A DNA stretch of 64,000 nucleotides, from positions 256,152 to 320,151 of the forward strand of contig CAVTKS010000005.1 in the NCBI GenBank assembly GCA_963735375.1, read 5' to 3'. This DNA comes from an uncultured Acidimicrobiales bacterium. GTDB taxonomy: Bacteria > Actinomycetota > Acidimicrobiia > Acidimicrobiales > VFJN01. Both the position numbers and the translations under genes were made by a program. Shown in pieces: positions 60,913 to 64,000 of the stretch (its first letter is position 1; each line of letters starts with the position of its first letter). The notes beneath the pieces are model-generated. The model was not told the DNA's origin. It was given only the letters and a program-made list of their open reading frames with translations, and searched no databases.

Positions 60913-61649
60913 GCGAGTCGCTCCGGCAGATGTGGGACTACCTGCAGTCCGACGCCGCCTGGTCGGGCCGATCGAGCCTGCCGGCGCTCACCTGGGCACA
61001 CATCCAGATCTCGGTGGTGTCGGTGCTGATCGCGGCCCTGATCGCCGTGCCCATCGCCGTGGTGCTGGGACACGTCCGCCGTGGGGCGCTGGCGGCCGTG
61101 TCGGTGGTGAACATCGGGCGGGCGGTCCCGTCATTCGCCATCATGGCGCTCGTCCTGCCGTTCTCGCTCCGGTACGGGTTCGGCCTCGGTTTCTGGCCCA
61201 CCGTCATCGCACTGGTGCTGCTCGCCATCCCGCCGATCTTCACGAACACCTACACCGGTGTGCGCGACGTGCCCGACGACGTCGTCGAGGCGGCCCGCGG
61301 CGTGGGGATGCAGGCCGGCGAGCTGGTGCGCAAGGTCGAGATCCCGGTGGCGCTGCCGCTCATCCTCACCGGTCTGCGCGTGTCCGCGGTGCAGGTGGTG
61401 GCCACGGCCACGCTCGGTGCGCTCGTGGGCTTCCGCGACCTCGGCACGCTGATCGTCACCGGGTTCACCAGTCCCGACAAGGGGCCCATGCTCGCGGGGG
61501 CGATCGCGGTCGCCCTGCTGGCGCTTCTCACGGACGCCCTGTTCGCCTTGGCCGGCCGGGCACTCGTGCCCTGGCGCCGGGCCGTGGGCCGCACTGGGGA
61601 CGCCACGGTGGTGGCCGAGGAGGCCGCCCCGGCAGTGGCGGTGCCATGA
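60909..61649 (+). CDS. ABC transporter permease (second subunit)
   Basis: Contains VVEAARGVGMQAGELVRKVEIPVALP. GTGA overlap with the previous permease. Confidence 0.85.
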   Translation: MSESLRQMWDYLQSDAAWSGRSSLPALTWAHIQISVVSVLIAALIAVPIAVVLGHVRRGALAAVSVVNIGRAVPSFAIMALVLPFSLRYGFGLGFWPTVIALVLLAIPPIFTNTYTGVRDVPDDVVEAARGVGMQAGELVRKVEIPVALPLILTGLRVSAVQVVATATLGALVGFRDLGTLIVTGFTSPDKGPMLAGAIAVALLALLTDALFALAGRALVPWRRAVGRTGDATVVAEEAAPAVAVP

Positions 61650-61699
61650 CCGACGATCCCGATTCCGACAGCAATCCCCGCAGGGGAAAGGACAGATCC

Positions 61700-62668
61700 A
61701 TGAACACACGACCTCTCAAGGTGCTCGCCGCCGTGCTGGCGCTCAGCCTGATCGGCGCGGCGTGCGGCGACGACGACGACGCGGAGACCGGCAGCGACAG
61801 CGACACCGGGGGCGGCGCCGCGCCCGCGCCCGCCGACATCCCCGACGGCCCGGCGCTCACGCTCGGCGCGCAGGACTTCGGCGAGTCGCTGATCCTGGCC
61901 GAGATCTACGAGGGCGCCCTCGCCGACGCCGGCTACGACACCGGCATCCAGGAGGTCGGGGGCTTCCGCGACCTGCTGTTCGGCGGGTTCGAATCGGGCG
62001 ACGTGAACCTGGCGATCGACTACGTGGCGTCGCAGCTCGAGTTCCTCAACGGCGGGGCGGGCGAGGCCACGAGCGACGTCGACGCCACGCTTGCGCTCCT
62101 CGAGCCGCTGCTCGAGGAGAAGGGCATCGTGGCCGCTGCCCCGTCCGAGGCGGTCGACACGAACGCCTTCGTCGTCACGCAGGAGACGTCCGACGACCTG
62201 GGCATCACCACCCTGTCCGACCTGGCCGAGAAGGGGTCCGACCTCACACTCGGCGGACCGCAGGACTGCGAGTCCAACGGCTTCTGCATCCCCGGCCTGC
62301 AGCGGGTCTACGACCTCGACATGTCGGGGAACTTCACACCGCTTGACGCAGGCGTGGTCGCCACGTCGCTGGGTGAGGGCGCCATCGACGTCGGCGTGCT
62401 CTTCTCGACCGACGGCCGGATCGCATCGGAGGGCTGGGTCCTGCTGGAGGACGACCAGCAGATGCTGGCGGCCGACAACGTGTTCCCCGTGCTGTCCCAG
62501 GAGGTGTTCGACACCTACGGCGACGACCTGATCGCCGTTCTCGACAGCGTCTCGGGCGAGCTGACCACCGACGACCTGATCGACCTCAACAAGCGCTACG
62601 ACGTCGATCGTGAGGACGCCGAGGACATCGCCGCCGACTGGCTCACCGAGCACGGCTTCGGCGGCTGA
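61700..62668 (+). CDS. Glycine betaine-type ABC substrate-binding lipoprotein (OpuAC family)
   Basis: Lipobox LIGAACG and LGAQDFGESLILAEIYEGAL. An alternative ATG at 61646 overlaps the permease stop. Confidence 0.85.
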   Translation: MNTRPLKVLAAVLALSLIGAACGDDDDAETGSDSDTGGGAAPAPADIPDGPALTLGAQDFGESLILAEIYEGALADAGYDTGIQEVGGFRDLLFGGFESGDVNLAIDYVASQLEFLNGGAGEATSDVDATLALLEPLLEEKGIVAAAPSEAVDTNAFVVTQETSDDLGITTLSDLAEKGSDLTLGGPQDCESNGFCIPGLQRVYDLDMSGNFTPLDAGVVATSLGEGAIDVGVLFSTDGRIASEGWVLLEDDQQMLAADNVFPVLSQEVFDTYGDDLIAVLDSVSGELTTDDLIDLNKRYDVDREDAEDIAADWLTEHGFGG

Positions 62669-62689
62669 CCGACAGAGCTGACGAACCTG

Positions 62690-62735
62690 CCGGCGTCTCT
62701 CGCCCTCCCCCGACGGGGCGGGGGAGAGACGCCGG
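62690..62735 (+). terminator. GC-rich hairpin downstream of the substrate-binding protein gene
   Basis: CCGGCGTCTCTC...GAGAGACGCCGG forms the outer 12-bp stem. Additional inner C/G pairs are present, and GTTCGC follows. Confidence 0.5.
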
Positions 62736-62782
62736 TTCGCGTCCGACTGCGTGACGCCGGCCCGACGCAGTAGACCCTGACC

Positions 62783-63436
62783 GTGGATCTCTCCGAGCTG
62801 GCCGACCTGCGCCAGGAGTACACGTACGCCGGGCTCGACGAGGCCGACCTGGCGCCTGACCCGGTCGCGCAGTTCCGCCGGTGGTTCGCCGCGTGGCACG
62901 AGGTGGCTGTCGGCGACCCGAACGCGATGGTGGTCACCACCGCCACACCCGAGGGCCGCCCCTCGGTCCGCACGGTGTTGCTGCGGGCGCTCGACGCCGA
63001 CGGCTTCGTGTTCTTCTCGAACCACGAGAGCCGCAAGGGCCGCGAGCTGACCGCCAACCCGCACGCGGCGCTGCTGTTCCCGTGGCATCCGCTCGGCCGT
63101 CAGGTGATCGTCGAGGGCACGACCGCGCCGCTCGACGACCCCGCGTCCGACGACTACTGGGTCACCCGCCCCCGGGGCAGCCAGATCGCCGCGCTGGCGT
63201 CGCCACAGAGCCAGGTCATCGCCGACCGCTCGGTGATCGATCAACGGTGGGCCCAGCTCGAGGCCGAGCTGGAGGGCCACGAGGTGCCCCGCCCGGCGCA
63301 CTGGGCCGGCATCCGTGTCCGCCACGAGCGGGTCGAGTTCTGGCAGGGCCGTGAGCGGCGCATGCACGACCGGCTCGTCTACCGCCGCGACCCGGCCTCC
63401 ACGTCGGGCTGGCGCATCGAGCGCCTGGCGCCCTGA
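62783..63436 (+). CDS. pdxH: Pyridoxamine 5'-phosphate oxidase
   Basis: Contains RTVLLRALDADGFVFFSNHESRKG and RVEFWQGRERRMHDRLVY. Confidence 0.93.
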   Translation: MDLSELADLRQEYTYAGLDEADLAPDPVAQFRRWFAAWHEVAVGDPNAMVVTTATPEGRPSVRTVLLRALDADGFVFFSNHESRKGRELTANPHAALLFPWHPLGRQVIVEGTTAPLDDPASDDYWVTRPRGSQIAALASPQSQVIADRSVIDQRWAQLEAELEGHEVPRPAHWAGIRVRHERVEFWQGRERRMHDRLVYRRDPASTSGWRIERLAP

Positions 63437-63515
63437 CACTGGGCCGGACCCCCGCAGCCATGACGTCGACGACGATCCGCGCTGACGCCGGTCACCGGCA
63501 CTGACCGAGGGGCGC

Positions 63516-64000
63516 TCAGGCGGGGTCGCTGGTGCGGGTGCGGCCGTAGCGCACGCCCACGATGGTGCCGGCCAGCAGCACCGCCACGACCACGCCGATG
63601 CGCACCGCGCCCACATCGCTGATCCACTGGGTCACGTCCGACGACCAGCCGGACACCACGTCCGTGACGTTCGAGTCGGGCACCTCGCCCGTGCGGCCGA
63701 GGCGCACCTCGAGCCAGCCGTAGTAGGCGACGTAGGCACCCGCCACCGCGACCAGGCCGCCGGCGACGCGGCCGATGTAGGGCTGTGCCCGCCGAAGGAA
63801 CCGCACGATCGACGTACGGGCCAACGCCATGCCCACCGTCAGGGCGAGTAGCACGATGGTCATGCCCAGCCCGTACACGGCGAACACCAACGTGCCGTCG
63901 ACCAGCGAGTCGCGGGTCATCGTGCCGGCCACGGCGCTGAGGAAGAGGGGGAGCGTGCAGCCGATCGAGGCGATGGCATATGACACGCCGAACACGAACA
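63516..64000 (-). CDS. ccdA: Cytochrome c biogenesis CcdA/DsbD-family membrane protein; 5' end outside the window
   Basis: Contains SYAIASIGCTLPLFLSAV and multiple helices. The ORF is open to the window end. Confidence 0.75.
   Translation of the reverse strand, partial: FVFGVSYAIASIGCTLPLFLSAVAGTMTRDSLVDGTLVFAVYGLGMTIVLLALTVGMALARTSIVRFLRRAQPYIGRVAGGLVAVAGAYVAYYGWLEVRLGRTGEVPDSNVTDVVSGWSSDVTQWISDVGAVRIGVVVAVLLAGTIVGVRYGRTRTSDPA

Overview
High-GC actinobacterial-type chromosomal segment, densely coding, with no transposase, integrase, CRISPR array or rRNA. All calls come from reading the six-frame track and the DNA; no alignments, HMM searches or GC statistics were run. Gene order: (1) a polysaccharide-export/assembly block (Wzx-like flippase 3' end, GT4 glycosyltransferase, Wzy-like polymerase, Wzz/BY-kinase) followed by clpB and a lone glycosyltransferase. 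(2) A large purine supercluster (purA, purD, purE, purB, purC, purS, purQ, purL, purF, purM, then pyrE) interrupted by non-purine inserts. (3) Two tandem paralogous polytopic membrane proteins plus a coiled-coil protein. (4) Valine/leucine dehydrogenase divergent from an ACT-domain malic enzyme. (5) An orphan membrane-anchored protein, a YVTN beta-propeller protein, YceI, and MarR with a LigB-type dioxygenase. (6) A membrane metzincin and a tRNA-Glu/Asp/Phe cluster. (7) ctaA-clpS-DUF2017. (8) ctaB followed by a caa3-type oxidase operon (ctaC, ctaD, ctaE, ctaF, ctaG). (9) An SDR, a DrrAB-like ABC exporter, serS, Fur with MMPL, an Opu-type osmoprotectant ABC transporter, pdxH and a partial ccdA. 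The most unusual items are these. (a) A three-gene module between ctaB and ctaC encodes paralogs of oxidase subunits I, III and IV, and the subunit I copy has lost five of the six canonical histidine metal ligands. (b) A translationally coupled HTH / AbiEii-type nucleotidyltransferase / DUF234 (PD-(D/E)xK-like) cassette is wedged between purE and purB, and its palindromic operator overlaps divergent -10 boxes. (c) Five single-site frame disruptions sit in otherwise well-conserved genes (purF twice, a ComB-like gene, the subunit I paralog, the DUF234 gene). Assembly indels are the most likely cause, but this needs read-level checking. (d) A recurring TANNNT-6 nt-start codon arrangement suggests leaderless transcripts. 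Many long ORFs in the track are antisense or off-frame artefacts of high GC and were not called.
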